This document shows positions 1-10,400 of a stretch of DNA of 64,000 bases, one piece after another. The notes beneath the pieces were generated by a model that saw only the letters and a program-made list of their open reading frames with translations, searched no databases and was not told where the DNA came from. Each line of letters opens with the position of its first letter. Positions within the stretch are counted from its first letter, which is position 1. The DNA is from an uncultured delta proteobacterium. Lineage in GTDB: Bacteria > Desulfobacterota > Binatia > UBA9968. A program made the translations under genes and the position numbers. Location of the stretch: positions 178,819 through 242,818 of the forward strand of contig CAVXEP010000030.1 in the NCBI GenBank assembly GCA_963760795.1. The letters run 5' to 3'.

Positions 1-685
1 CGGCGATGACTGAGAGATGCCGCGCGTTGGCGCCGGTGTCGCCGCCGTGCTCGATAAAACTTTTCAGCGCGAGTCCGGTATAGCCGACGGTTTCGTCGGT
101 CACGACGACGAACAGCACACCGCCGGGCTTCAAGAAGCGCACCATCCTTGTGACGCTGGCGGAAAGGTCTTTTACGAAATAGATCATGTGCAGTGCAAGA
201 CCGAGGTCAATATTGCCATCGGACGGTAGCTTTTCCCCCGAGCGCTCGGCTGCTGCGTCGATCTCATCAAATTCTGTAGCCAGCGCCATACCTGGCCGCA
301 AATGCGCCATTGTTTTTAGAAAAGCACGATAGTTTGCGAGGTATTCGGGATTGGGCTCCTCGATCGAGACGCGGGTGCCCTGCGGCACTGAATCGGCGAC
401 CAGGGCGAAGGTTTGACCGTCACCGGCTCCAAAGTCGAAGATGTGACCGTCGCTCGGCACCGACGTTTCTATGGCGCGGCGGAGCTCGGGCACGAACATG
501 TCGCGCTGGTCGGTGCCCATCATCAGCACCCGCCCAAGTGGATCCGGCTTCAGCAGCCGAGCGAAGGCGTTGCGGTACTGGCGGTGTGGGTCGAGCCCCT
601 CAAATTCGTTGCGCACGAGTTCGAGCGCTTCCTCGAATTGAGGTGCGAGGTTCTCTACTCTGTTCCGGTCAATCTGAATCGGCAT
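1..685 (-). CDS. Class I SAM-dependent methyltransferase (partial, runs off the window start)
   Basis: Hand translation from ATG 685 gives MPIQIDRNRV...HIFDFGAGDGQTF...LALHMIYFV...RFLKPGGVLFV, open to position 1. It has SAM-binding motif I and an LKPGG motif. Absent from the ORF track because there is no stop in the window. Confidence 0.8.
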   Translation of the reverse strand, partial: MPIQIDRNRVENLAPQFEEALELVRNEFEGLDPHRQYRNAFARLLKPDPLGRVLMMGTDQRDMFVPELRRAIETSVPSDGHIFDFGAGDGQTFALVADSVPQGTRVSIEEPNPEYLANYRAFLKTMAHLRPGMALATEFDEIDAAAERSGEKLPSDGNIDLGLALHMIYFVKDLSASVTRMVRFLKPGGVLFVVVTDETVGYTGLALKSFIEHGGDTGANARHLSVIA

Positions 686-760
686 GGGACTATATAAAGT
701 GACAGGCTACTTTTCCATTCGGTCACCGGGCTCAGACATTTACTTCATGACTTTCTGGAC

Positions 761-1897
761 TCACCGCGCCGCCGCAAGTTTCTCTCTCCACTCGGCCTGC
801 TTGTGCACGGTCGATTTGATCTCGAACTTGCTGTCGAAATAGTGTCTGGTCGGATCGATGGGGACGCGCCAGCGCACTTTACTATAGAAGTTGAGCCGCA
901 GAAAATTCTCATCTTCGGGTGGGATGCTGATCACGCTGTGGGAAATGCCCAACGGGATGATGGTGATCTCGCCGGGAGAAACTTCGACGTTCTCGAACTC
1001 GGAAAGATCGAGCGCGTCGCCGCGGAACTGAATCCGCACTTCCTCGCTGCGCAGCGCCCGATGAAAAGCGAACTGCTCGTCCTGCATGTTGTAGGTGCGT
1101 ATCCGCATATTGGCCGACTCCATCAGCGGCTGGGTGCCGGCGTCTTCGCGCCCCTTGCCGACGATCGCCGTAAAGTGATCGAAGGCGCGCAGCTTGCGCA
1201 CCAGACTTCCCGGCTTGCCGCGTCCTATTCCGGCGACGCCTACGAGCGATTCGTAATCGCGCTCGACCACCGTCTGGTCCTCCGAGCCATCGTCCCAGAA
1301 ATGCATCTTCTCAATCACCGGCCCCTTCGTCGGCGTATTCGTCCCCTGCGCCGCCGTCCAATTGGGACCGCCGAGGCGCTTGACCTCGAAGCTGGTTTGA
1401 CTCGTGTACTGGTCGTCGTTCATGACGTAGTCCACCGCCTCGTGGCTTTGGCAGAAATAGCGCAGACTGTCGTTGCGTCCGATCGAGCGATGGGCGATGC
1501 CGCCGGGAACCAGCATCACATCGCCGGGCTCCATATCATAGACGCCGAACTCGGTTTCCACTTTGCTGTTGCCGCAAAATTGGAAATAGACCATGTCCGA
1601 GTCGACGTAGCGGTGAAAGCTGTCCTGCACACCGACGACGCTCTCGACGCCGATGCGGTGATATTCGTTTTCGAGGATCACCAACGATTGATTGGGGATG
1701 CTGAGCATGTCGAAGGGGCGAAAGCGCGGCGTGTAGTGGGTGCTTTTTGCCGTGCCCATCAAACCGGTCTTGCGGCGCTCCGCCCAAGCCGCGAGCCCTG
1801 GCCTGGGAAAGTCCTTCCATGTGGTCATGAACTCGCCGATCTGCTGCTGTTTGTAGACCTTTTCTTCCGCCGCTTTGGTTTCTGGTCTCCGATACAT
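761..1897 (-). CDS. Bicupin protein, homogentisate 1,2-dioxygenase-like
   Basis: Two cupin-like repeats (FHRYVDSDMVYFQFCG...ETEFGVYDMEPGDVMLVPGGIAH; FHRALRSEEVRIQFRG...EVSPGEITIIPLGISH). GGAGG RBS upstream. Confidence 0.65.
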   Translation of the reverse strand: MYRRPETKAAEEKVYKQQQIGEFMTTWKDFPRPGLAAWAERRKTGLMGTAKSTHYTPRFRPFDMLSIPNQSLVILENEYHRIGVESVVGVQDSFHRYVDSDMVYFQFCGNSKVETEFGVYDMEPGDVMLVPGGIAHRSIGRNDSLRYFCQSHEAVDYVMNDDQYTSQTSFEVKRLGGPNWTAAQGTNTPTKGPVIEKMHFWDDGSEDQTVVERDYESLVGVAGIGRGKPGSLVRKLRAFDHFTAIVGKGREDAGTQPLMESANMRIRTYNMQDEQFAFHRALRSEEVRIQFRGDALDLSEFENVEVSPGEITIIPLGISHSVISIPPEDENFLRLNFYSKVRWRVPIDPTRHYFDSKFEIKSTVHKQAEWREKLAAAR

Positions 1898-2170
1898 GAT
1901 TCCTCCGTGCGCGATGATTGACGTTAATACGATTATGAAGGTGAGCTACAGAAGGTCCGGCTGATTGTCAAGGCGAAGTCTTGCGCCGTTGACCTTTCGG
2001 CAACGATAGGACAAGCCGAAGGGCATCACTATTGATTAATCTCCGGCGTCCAGACGAGATGGCTGCGAGTACGATCAGCGCGGCAATTTAACGCGTGGTT
2101 TGTTCGCCGACGCGCAATGCATAGCGAGTATTCCCGTCCGACGCTGATAACAACTGCCATCCTCTTTGCG

Positions 2171-3172
2171 CTATTTTTTCTGCGCCATTTCTTTGGCTGC
2201 CTCCGCGGCCAGCGAGAAATCGAAGATCGATGCGGCGGCGACATCTCCCTTCAAACTCGCCGTCGAGCTGAGCATCGCGATGTAGGCTTTCACCTGCTCC
2301 TCGGTGGGTACGCCGATTTTTGAGAACGTGTCGCGCACGGAGTCATACGCCTTGGCCGCTTGCAATGGATTGAGCTTTATCCACTTGGCGATGATATCGA
2401 TGGTCCCCTCGCGTTGACTCCAAGTGTAATCGAGTCCTTCGATCGTCGCCTTGAGGAGTTCGACAATTTCCGGGCGTGCGGTCTTGATTTTTTCTTCGGT
2501 GGTGGCGAAACCAGCCTGTGGAATCGGCAGTATCGAACCCATCTGCAGCAGCCGTTTCAATCCCAGCTCTTCGGCCTTCAAATCGGACGGCACGGGCACC
2601 ACGGTGGCATCGATGGTCCCCCGTTGCGTGGCGATCATTCGATCGTTGGTCGAATTTAATGGGACGATAATGGTGTTCGCGCCTAAATTATATTTCTCGA
2701 TAAGTACCCGAACCTCGTAGGCCGGCAGAGTGCCGAGGCTCCCGGCGCCGATCCTTTTGCCGGCGAGATCGCTCACCGCCAGGAATTCCGGCCGGCTCAC
2801 CAGCACATGCTGGAGTTTCACTGAAGTAAAGCAAATAACTTTCAGCGGCAAGCCGCGCGCCCCCGCCGTGGCCGGCCCGCTGGGAATCGTCGTGTAATCA
2901 ATCGCCCGGTTGAGCAGCGCCGGCGCCACCAAACCCGCCGCCATCTGAATGACTTCGATATCGAAACCTCGTCTGGCAAAGAAACCTTTTTGCAACGCCA
3001 CGTAAATGGGCAGATAGCTCAGCGAGGCCGAAGGCGTGGCGAGTCTGATCTTGACAGGTGAAATCTTGCCCTGGGCTTGCGCGTCCGCCGCCCACAGCGC
3101 TGCCAGCCATACAACGGCGAGAATCGACGCTGTCAAACATTTCACAGATTTCATTAAAAGCCGCCCTGCCAT
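2171..3172 (-). CDS. ABC-type substrate-binding protein, NitT/TauT (SsuA/THI5-like) family
   Basis: Signal peptide, LPIYVALQKGFF, DLAGKRIG motifs. Confidence 0.85.
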   Translation of the reverse strand: MAGRLLMKSVKCLTASILAVVWLAALWAADAQAQGKISPVKIRLATPSASLSYLPIYVALQKGFFARRGFDIEVIQMAAGLVAPALLNRAIDYTTIPSGPATAGARGLPLKVICFTSVKLQHVLVSRPEFLAVSDLAGKRIGAGSLGTLPAYEVRVLIEKYNLGANTIIVPLNSTNDRMIATQRGTIDATVVPVPSDLKAEELGLKRLLQMGSILPIPQAGFATTEEKIKTARPEIVELLKATIEGLDYTWSQREGTIDIIAKWIKLNPLQAAKAYDSVRDTFSKIGVPTEEQVKAYIAMLSSTASLKGDVAAASIFDFSLAAEAAKEMAQKK

Positions 3173-3439
3173 CGATCCGATTCAGCCGATTTCGGTGTCA
3201 GCTGCGCGCAACATAAAGCAAATGTATTTCGCCCGTCAAGGACAAGGATGGTCCAGGACCGGGCCGGGCCTCGCAGTGTAAACAATCTTACTGCGTTGAG
3301 AAGCCGTAGAGACGCTAATAGCAAGCTCGCAACAATTTATTTCTTAAACTTGACTCGTCATTCTTTCATGCTTGAATAATCACTAGCAGAAGGTCGTAGT
3401 TGAACTTAACAAGCAACTTTACATTTAAGGGAGTCTCCA

Positions 3440-3649
3440 ATGGATGATCATACCTACAAGCAGGTCGAACTCACGGGCTCGTCGCACGATTCCATGGAAG
3501 CGGCGATTCAAAACGCCATCGCCAAGGCCGGCAAGACGCTTCACAACATTCACTGGTTTCAAGTCGTCGATACCCGCGGTTACGTCGCCGACAATAAAGT
3601 CGACTACTGGCAGGTGACGATCAAATTAGGCTTTCGCCTGGACGACTAG
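3440..3649 (+). CDS. Dodecin (flavin-binding protein)
   Basis: HTYKQVELTGSS...AIQNAIAKA...WFQVVDTRG...WQVTIKLGF is typical dodecin. AAGGGAG RBS. Confidence 0.92.
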   Translation: MDDHTYKQVELTGSSHDSMEAAIQNAIAKAGKTLHNIHWFQVVDTRGYVADNKVDYWQVTIKLGFRLDD

Positions 3650-3859
3650 CTCATTTAAGCGGACGATCGGGTCCGGACATATCAGTCTTTACAATCTTCG
3701 GCATCTCTGCGCATGCCGCACCGACAACCGCGATAACGCCGAAGTCATATTCGACTGATCGATCTCCACACCTGGCCGCTTTGCTCACAGGCCGCGCGAA
3801 GTTCAATGACAAAAATTAAAAACGATCCCGGTCACAACCCATCACTTCATTCGGACATG

Positions 3860-5770
3860 TCATCGCGCGAACACCAAAAGGCTGTTCGCCGGTAATACTA
3901 GAGCTGCCGAGTGGGCAAAATCGTGCATCGGCTGGGGCTCGGCACGGACGCGTCCGCCGTTGCCGACTGTGCCGGGGTTAACCCAGTTTTCGTAAACATC
4001 GCTGTTGAACACCTCGCGCCATTCTCCCTGGGCCGGGAAACCGATGCGATAGTCGAAACGATTATAATTCGCCAGGTGGATAACCACGATCACGTCGTGT
4101 CCTTCGCCCACCACCCAACGGTGAAACGCCAGCACTCGGTTTTGGTCGTGCCCGTGAACCACGCGGAATCCTTGGCCGCGAAGACCGGGGAAGCGCCAGC
4201 GAAGCCTCACTAGTTCTCGAGTGAAACGTATGTGATCGAGCATCTGTTTGTCACCCGAATCAACTCCCGCCCAGTGCAACAGCAGGTTCTGGTGAAACTC
4301 GAAATTGTCGGACCACTGTTTATCCTCGATAAACTCCTGCCCCATAAATAACATTGGGATGCCGGGAGCCGTCAGGCCAATGCCCGTGGCAACGCGAGCT
4401 CGGCTGCGGCCAAACCAGGAACGAGGGTTACTCGGATCTCCCAGTCGGGCGACGCGCTGTTCGCGGCCCTGATATACGATGTCATGGTTTTCCGGCCCCT
4501 GGACAAATTGCCAATGCTCGGTGAAACCTTCCGGCCACAAACTCCGAGCGAGGCGTGTCATAGCGAGCGGGCGGTCATCGGGAGCGCTGGCACCGCCGAC
4601 GACATCGCGAATAGCAATGCGCAGTCCGTCGGTTAGCGTCGTATCGAAACCCGCGCCCTCGGGCGGGTGCTTCACGATATAGGGGTTGACGCTCCAATAT
4701 TCCGCCTTGTCAAAAACCGCCGGCTTGTGAAAGCGCAAAGTCGAGGTGAGATCCTGGCAAAAGCGCCAACCCTGGGGCGCGCCGTCATGATCGATAACGC
4801 TCACTTGGTCGTAGCGCAGACCGTCGACGCGGTATTCATCAAGAAAAAACTTGGCGTTTTGAATCAGAAACTCGCGCACCTCAGGTTTCTCGTAGTCGAA
4901 CACGAGGCCGCCGGCATGGCCTTTATCGGTAAAGTAAAGGGAATTCCGGTTGCCGCCCTGGCTTGGCTGCCGGTCGAGGAAATAAAGGCTTTGATCGCCG
5001 AAGTCGCCGCCCGCGTGGTTATAGACGACATCCAGTATGATCGCGAGTCCGTGAACGTGGCAAAGATCCACCAGCGCCTTGAGCTGGTTCATTTCACCGC
5101 GAAGATCTGCAACCTGATAGCGCTGCAATCCCTTGGCATCGAGCAGCCGATTGACCTCCGCCGCATAGGCCGCAAGGTTGCCGTCTTCGACGGCCAAATC
5201 CATTTCCGGCGAGAAGTAATCGGTGCCGTTGTAGCCCAGGCTGAACTGGGTTTGAAACTCCTGGATCGGCATCAGCTGGATTGCAGTTACGCCGAGATCA
5301 GCAAGGTACGGGATCTTTCTCGCGACATCGAGAAAGGTTCCGGCTTTTTGCGGCAGATTCGGCGTGAAGAATGTCCCGACATGGAGCTGGTAGATCACGA
5401 AATCATGAAACTTTGGAGTGGCGTAACCGCTTTCGTGCCAGGGGAAGTCGGTTCTGCGGACGACGCACTCGCTCGGGAAAGGCGTCTGTAGCTCGCGGGC
5501 GTAGGGATCGCGTTTCGGGCCCTCGCCACCTTCGCCAACAACATAAAACATGTAACGCTGGCGGTCCTGAACGCCGCGGATGAATCCGCGCCAATGACCC
5601 TGATCATCCCGCGTTAGCAGACTGCTGGCATTGCGCTGGCGATTGTTGAAGTCGCCAATCACATGCACCGACTTCGCATGCGGAGCCCAGACGCGAAATG
5701 TCGCGCCGTCGCCGATCAGGTTCGCGCCCATTGGGGTGTTAGCGCCAATATGCTCGAGGGACGCGGGCAT
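3860..5770 (-). CDS. GH13 alpha-amylase family enzyme with CBM48 (1,4-alpha-glucan branching enzyme-like)
   Basis: FRVWAP, IYQLHVGTF, DVVYNH, GLRYDQV, AEYW, ENHD motifs. Start placed at ATG 5770 behind GGAGGA. Confidence 0.88.
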   Translation of the reverse strand: MPASLEHIGANTPMGANLIGDGATFRVWAPHAKSVHVIGDFNNRQRNASSLLTRDDQGHWRGFIRGVQDRQRYMFYVVGEGGEGPKRDPYARELQTPFPSECVVRRTDFPWHESGYATPKFHDFVIYQLHVGTFFTPNLPQKAGTFLDVARKIPYLADLGVTAIQLMPIQEFQTQFSLGYNGTDYFSPEMDLAVEDGNLAAYAAEVNRLLDAKGLQRYQVADLRGEMNQLKALVDLCHVHGLAIILDVVYNHAGGDFGDQSLYFLDRQPSQGGNRNSLYFTDKGHAGGLVFDYEKPEVREFLIQNAKFFLDEYRVDGLRYDQVSVIDHDGAPQGWRFCQDLTSTLRFHKPAVFDKAEYWSVNPYIVKHPPEGAGFDTTLTDGLRIAIRDVVGGASAPDDRPLAMTRLARSLWPEGFTEHWQFVQGPENHDIVYQGREQRVARLGDPSNPRSWFGRSRARVATGIGLTAPGIPMLFMGQEFIEDKQWSDNFEFHQNLLLHWAGVDSGDKQMLDHIRFTRELVRLRWRFPGLRGQGFRVVHGHDQNRVLAFHRWVVGEGHDVIVVIHLANYNRFDYRIGFPAQGEWREVFNSDVYENWVNPGTVGNGGRVRAEPQPMHDFAHSAALVLPANSLLVFAR

Positions 5771-5999
5771 ACAATCCTCCAGCAAGAGAGTTTCTACCCT
5801 CTCTGACTCTAAGGCTTTTAGGCAAACTGCCGTAAGGCGAACTCCGAAAGGCACACCTAACCGCATAACAGAATAACCTGCAACGCGATTCAAGTCGCGG
5901 TGGCGCCAGAAAAACCGTAATCGTTCGGATCGACCCGGCTTTATTATGCCGCACAGTAAGCGACGCGAAGCGACACAAATCAAGAGTTAATCAGGCAGG

Positions 6000-6230
6000 C
6001 TACTGTCGATTCCTGGGTTGGGAAGATGCGGAACCCTGGACATCCATTTTGGCAAGTACGCGGTTGAGTCCTTTAATCTGGGCGATTATTTTCTTGTCTT
6101 TCGTGCCTTGAAACTGCAGCGTCAACTCGTCGACACGCCACTCGATCTGCGCGCGTGTAAACTTCTTCGGGAGTAGGAATTGGATCGGCATCGCCGGTCT
6201 ATATCGCAGGATCGAGCCGAAGGTGGTCAT
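6000..6230 (-). CDS. Small hypothetical protein
   Basis: 76-aa ORF abutting a transposase remnant; no recognisable motif. Confidence 0.3.
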   Translation of the reverse strand: MTTFGSILRYRPAMPIQFLLPKKFTRAQIEWRVDELTLQFQGTKDKKIIAQIKGLNRVLAKMDVQGSASSQPRNRQ

Positions 6231-6670
6231 GATGGCTCCAAGGGCGGGCCGCCCTGTGTCTGATCGGAGGTATCGACGATGCCACCAGCAAGGTGACAGG
6301 CGGATTTTTTACCCAGGCCGAAAGCTCATGGGGTTACTTCACTCTGTTCTCTGACACTTTCGGGAATATGGCTTACCCCATTCGATCTATACCGACTGTC
6401 ACTCGGTATTCTGGACCGATCAGGAACCGACGGTAGAGGAGCAGTTGATCAACCACAAGCCCACTACTGAAGTGGGCAGGGCCTTAGAAGAACTCGGAGT
6501 GACTTTGATCTGGCCATTCCCCACAGGCCAAGGGCAGAATCGAGCGACTGTGGAACACTTTTCAAGACCGGCTGGTCAGTGAGTTACGATTGGCTAAGGC
6601 CAAGACCTTGGAACAGGCTCAAGCGGTCCTGGAGGGTTACATCCCGGTGCATAACCGTAAGTTCGCCAAG
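6228..6670 (+). pseudogene. ISNCY (IS1202-group-like) DDE transposase fragment
   Basis: Hand translation: LCLIGGIDDATSKV...AESSWGYF...YGLPHSIYTD...EVGRALEELGVTLI / SPQAKGRIERLWNTFQDRLVSELRL...HNRKFAK. Frameshifted near 6510-6520, no start codon. Confidence 0.8.
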
Positions 6671-6857
6671 CGGCTCGGGCTGAGCCTGCCTGGAGAAGCT
6701 CACGCCTCAAGAGCGAATCTGCGCTACACGCACTTGATCATTCCCGAATAGAGCTAAGCGGAACGCGGAGAGCAGACTTTTTAGGCCAGCCTGGGGAAGC
6801 AGTAGAGCGGCAGCAGCGGTAGCGATGCGCTGTTCGGCTTCGCTTCCCGAGTGAACG

Positions 6858-7895
6858 CTAATTGGCAAGAAATTTTTTCGCCCGCTCGATCACCTCCGCG
6901 GGTTGGTTCATTACTTCTTGAATCAAAGTCTGCAGCTCTTCACCCGTCACCGGATCGATATCCATCTTGCCTCGCCGCGCCTCGGCCAACAGCTCCGGGT
7001 CCTTCAGCGCTTGGACGTAAGCGCGCCGTAGTGCATCGACCCGTTCCGCTGGAACACCGGGAGTGGCTAACATCGGGCGGCCAAACTCACCGCCCATGAG
7101 GATGACATGGGCGACCCGGCGGTTCATCTCGGAAACTTTCTCCTGATCCATCAGCTCGTAGAATGTCGCGGCGTCGGCCATTCTCGGGTCGCGTTTGCGC
7201 GCGGTCTGCACCAGATGGCGATCAAAGCCTTTCTTGTGCCAGGTGTCGAAGGGCTCCCGGCCGCTATGGCTGGTGATTGCCATGCCTCGGCAAACGATTT
7301 CGTTGCGCTCCACGGCAATGTCGATTTGAGTGCCGCCGATATAGCCGCTGACCAGATTGAACTTGACGCCGAACACTTCCTCGAGAACTTTTGGCAGGAG
7401 AAATCCCGCATCGTTGGTGCCACTCGACCCGCACTTGGGCGGCTCCTTGGCGCGGCGAATCTCGGCCAAGGTTGTATAGGGGGTATCGCTGCGCATGTAG
7501 AGCAGCATATGGGTTTTTTCCTGGGTACCCAGCCAATGGAATTTGCGCACGTCGAACTTTGCCTCCGGCCGACCGGCTAGTTGATCCATGTAGATTTTGC
7601 CGTTCGGCATCACCACGGTCAGCCCATCAGGCTTGGCTAGATTGTAGACGTAGTTGGCCGCGACCAGCGACCCCGCGCCCGGCATGTTTTGCACGATAGA
7701 GCCCGGATTCCCGGGTATGTACTTGGGCATATGCCGCGAGAGCAGGCGTGCCCAGGCGTCGTAGAATCCGCCAGGCGGGCTGCCCACCACGATTTTAAAC
7801 ATTTTACCTTTGTAGAATGACTCCTGCGCGAAGAGCGCAGGCTGGCTCGAAAAAAACAGCAGCAGAAACCAAAAAGCAGTGACAAACCGCTTCAT
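6858..7895 (-). CDS. Tripartite tricarboxylate transporter substrate-binding protein (TctC/Bug family)
   Basis: IVVGSPPGGFYDAWAR, VQNMPGAGSLVAANYVY, AKPDGLT motifs. Confidence 0.9.
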   Translation of the reverse strand: MKRFVTAFWFLLLFFSSQPALFAQESFYKGKMFKIVVGSPPGGFYDAWARLLSRHMPKYIPGNPGSIVQNMPGAGSLVAANYVYNLAKPDGLTVVMPNGKIYMDQLAGRPEAKFDVRKFHWLGTQEKTHMLLYMRSDTPYTTLAEIRRAKEPPKCGSSGTNDAGFLLPKVLEEVFGVKFNLVSGYIGGTQIDIAVERNEIVCRGMAITSHSGREPFDTWHKKGFDRHLVQTARKRDPRMADAATFYELMDQEKVSEMNRRVAHVILMGGEFGRPMLATPGVPAERVDALRRAYVQALKDPELLAEARRGKMDIDPVTGEELQTLIQEVMNQPAEVIERAKKFLAN

Positions 7896-7984
7896 CTAGA
7901 CACCTCAAACTATTTTGCCCGCGCGACTCAAGTACCCGCGTGTCGACGATTAATTAGTCATCGGTCATGGTGTTGAAACGACAT

Positions 7985-9079
7985 TTATTGCAAATTTAAC
8001 AGACGCGCCGCATTGCCGCCGAGGATGAGTTCTTTGTGCTTTTCGCTGATGTCGGTTCTTTCCTTGAGTATCGATACGGTGCGCGGATATTCACAGTCGA
8101 AGTGCGGAAAATCCGTCGCTAAACAGATGCGCTCGGCGCCGAACTCTTCTATAGCCAAAGGCAGCGGCTTTTCATCCACCTCACAGGTGACGTAACAATT
8201 GCGCTTGAGGTATGCGGACGGCGCCATCGTGAGATGCTTGGCCTCTTCTTTCAGCCACGCGTAGTCGTCATCCATGCGATGCATCCAGTAAAGAATCCAT
8301 TCCGCGCCGCATTCAAACAAGACCACCCGAAGTTCAGGAAATTTCTCGAAGACGCCGCCCAGGGTGAGCGCGACCAATGCCGCGGTGCAGTTGATCGGTC
8401 TGCCCAAGACATGCATGGCGAAAAAATCATCGAAACGGTCGATGAGTTCGCCGTTGGTGTTGGGGTGACAGAATAATGGCACGTTTAACTCGATGGCAGC
8501 TTCGTAGTAGGGAAAAAACGATGGATCGTTGAGGTTGCGCGGCCCGCAATATTGCACCAGATGGCCGGCCTTGAACCCCAGCTCCTTGACGCAGCGCTTA
8601 AGCTCGTTGGCCATCTGGTCGGGACATCCGGCCGGCACGATGGCAACCGGCCAAAAACGATCCTCATAGCCGCGCACCAGGTTGGCCATCCAGTTATTGA
8701 CGCATTGGCAAAGCGCCAGACCCAGGCCGCCGTAATTCATCGCTGGAATATTCATGGTGGTGGGAAAGAGGATCTGTCGATCGATTCCCTCGCGGCCTAT
8801 CGCGTTCAAACGCGCCTTCATATCGTAACCGCCCACCTGGCGTTCGGCGAGCTCTCCGCCGCGCCATTGAGTCTTCGGATCGAACATATGGTTGTGGTCC
8901 ACGCCGGCGCGCGCCTTGGGGCTAACGGGATCGAGGCTATGAAGAAAACGGGCCTGCTGAAACTTACCGTCGCCGACCTTCTTCGGAGTCAACTTGGAGT
9001 AGATGCCGTCCAGCTTGTAGATCTCGTCCATGAAGTAGATTTCACGCACATGAGAATCGATGTCGATGATCATTCGCAT
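7985..9079 (-). CDS. Amidohydrolase_2 family protein (decarboxylase/hydratase-like)
   Basis: IIDIDSH, PLFCHP, VFEKFPELRVVLFECGAEW, ATDFPHFD. GGAGG RBS before ATG 9079/9073. Confidence 0.88.
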   Translation of the reverse strand: MRMIIDIDSHVREIYFMDEIYKLDGIYSKLTPKKVGDGKFQQARFLHSLDPVSPKARAGVDHNHMFDPKTQWRGGELAERQVGGYDMKARLNAIGREGIDRQILFPTTMNIPAMNYGGLGLALCQCVNNWMANLVRGYEDRFWPVAIVPAGCPDQMANELKRCVKELGFKAGHLVQYCGPRNLNDPSFFPYYEAAIELNVPLFCHPNTNGELIDRFDDFFAMHVLGRPINCTAALVALTLGGVFEKFPELRVVLFECGAEWILYWMHRMDDDYAWLKEEAKHLTMAPSAYLKRNCYVTCEVDEKPLPLAIEEFGAERICLATDFPHFDCEYPRTVSILKERTDISEKHKELILGGNAARLLNLQ

Positions 9080-9383
9080 CCGCCTCCGTCGAGTTTGATT
9101 TACTTGTTCGCCGCGCCATCGCAGCGAACCGCGCACGCCGGTCTTATACCATGCGGCGAGTCGACCTTGTCAAATCGAATTTGCGATAGTGCGATCGCCG
9201 GCGGCCGCAGTCGTTGATCAGCCGATCGCTCCGTCGCCGAAGGATCTGGAGAGCTGGGACCAGCCTGTGTGTCGGAGGAAATGCCCTGACCATTTTCGCA
9301 TTGACGAATGCCCCAGCTTTGCCTACTTTAACCACAGCCAATCAAGGTGATCAGCCGAATTAACGGTGCTCGGAGGGGACCCC

Positions 9384-10400
9384 ATGAATTTTAATTTCAC
9401 TGTGATATTAGCCATGCTGACCGCCCTTGCCCTGGCGAATCCTGGAATTGGCCCAGCGCAAACCAAAGAGCGCGCCAAACTTATCGAGGATGCAAAAAAA
9501 GAAGGCAAGGTGATGGTCTACGTCTCCTCCAACGCCTCGGATGCCCGAGCTCTCGAAGCTGCCTTCGAAAAAAAATATCCCTTCGTCAACATGGAATTCT
9601 ACAGCTCGGGAAAGGACGCGCTGTTGACGCGCTACCTGCTTGAAGCGCGCACCGGCGCCAATCTTGCCGATGTTTATCAATCCAGCGTATTTCCGATTAT
9701 GAACCTGGTGGAGAAGGGACTGCTGGCCAAGTACTACTCGCCGGAACGGGAAGGTTTCATCGAAGCGCTGCGCGACAAGGACGGCTATTGGCACGCGACG
9801 TATTTGAATGCCGTGACCATGGCCTACAACTCACGAATGCTAAAACCCGATGAAGTGCCGCAGAGTTACCAGGAGCTGCTGCAACCGAAGTGGCGCGAGA
9901 AGATGGGCTTTGTGCTGAGCCATACCGAATGGTATTTCGCCATGCTCCAGTCCATGGGCGAGGACAAGGGGCGGCAATATATGGAGGCGCTGAGCAAACA
10001 AAAGATTCAGTCGCGAATCGGCAGCTCGCTGATGAACCAGCTGATGATGGCCGGCGAGTTTCCATTGTTGATCTCGCAGTATCCGACCGGCGTCGAAGAG
10101 CTCAAAAAAACCGGCGCGCCGATCGATTGGGTGGCGCTCGACCCCTGGTTCGTTTATCCCATCGGCATCGCCGTCACCGCTAAGAACTCCCATCCCGCCG
10201 CGGCGCGGCTTTACGTCGACTTCATTCTCTCCGAAGAAGGACAGACTTCCATGCGTCAACTGAGCCGCATTCCGGCGCGCAAGGACGTCCTGCCGAATCC
10301 GCCGCGGCTCATGCAAGGACGCAAGCTCTTCGTCATCAAGCCGGCGTCGAGCGCCGTTTACAACAAGTATAACGCCGAGATGCTTCGCTATTTTCGCTGA
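9384..10400 (+). CDS. ABC extracellular solute-binding protein (AfuA/FbpA-like family)
   Basis: Signal peptide, AKKEGKVMVY, AYNSRM...PQSYQELLQPKW, HPAAARLYVDFILSEEGQ. GGAGG RBS. Confidence 0.88.
   Translation: MNFNFTVILAMLTALALANPGIGPAQTKERAKLIEDAKKEGKVMVYVSSNASDARALEAAFEKKYPFVNMEFYSSGKDALLTRYLLEARTGANLADVYQSSVFPIMNLVEKGLLAKYYSPEREGFIEALRDKDGYWHATYLNAVTMAYNSRMLKPDEVPQSYQELLQPKWREKMGFVLSHTEWYFAMLQSMGEDKGRQYMEALSKQKIQSRIGSSLMNQLMMAGEFPLLISQYPTGVEELKKTGAPIDWVALDPWFVYPIGIAVTAKNSHPAAARLYVDFILSEEGQTSMRQLSRIPARKDVLPNPPRLMQGRKLFVIKPASSAVYNKYNAEMLRYFR
10329..10399 (+). repeat. 71-bp direct repeat, copy 1 (3' end of the SBP gene)
   Basis: ttcgtcatcaagccggcgtcgagcgccgtttacaacaagtataacgccgagatgcttcgctattttcgctg; 69/71 identical to 13905-13975. 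Confidence 0.95.

Noticed and set aside
803-1921. 372-aa plus-strand ORF and similar long antisense ORFs (e.g. 4667-5491, 28468-29205, 52986-53891)
   Set aside because: Shadow frames opposite well-supported genes in GC-rich DNA; no motifs.
6718-6751. LRYTHL motif resembling a tyrosine-recombinase C-terminus
   Set aside because: Only a few residues with no upstream catalytic motifs; could be chance.
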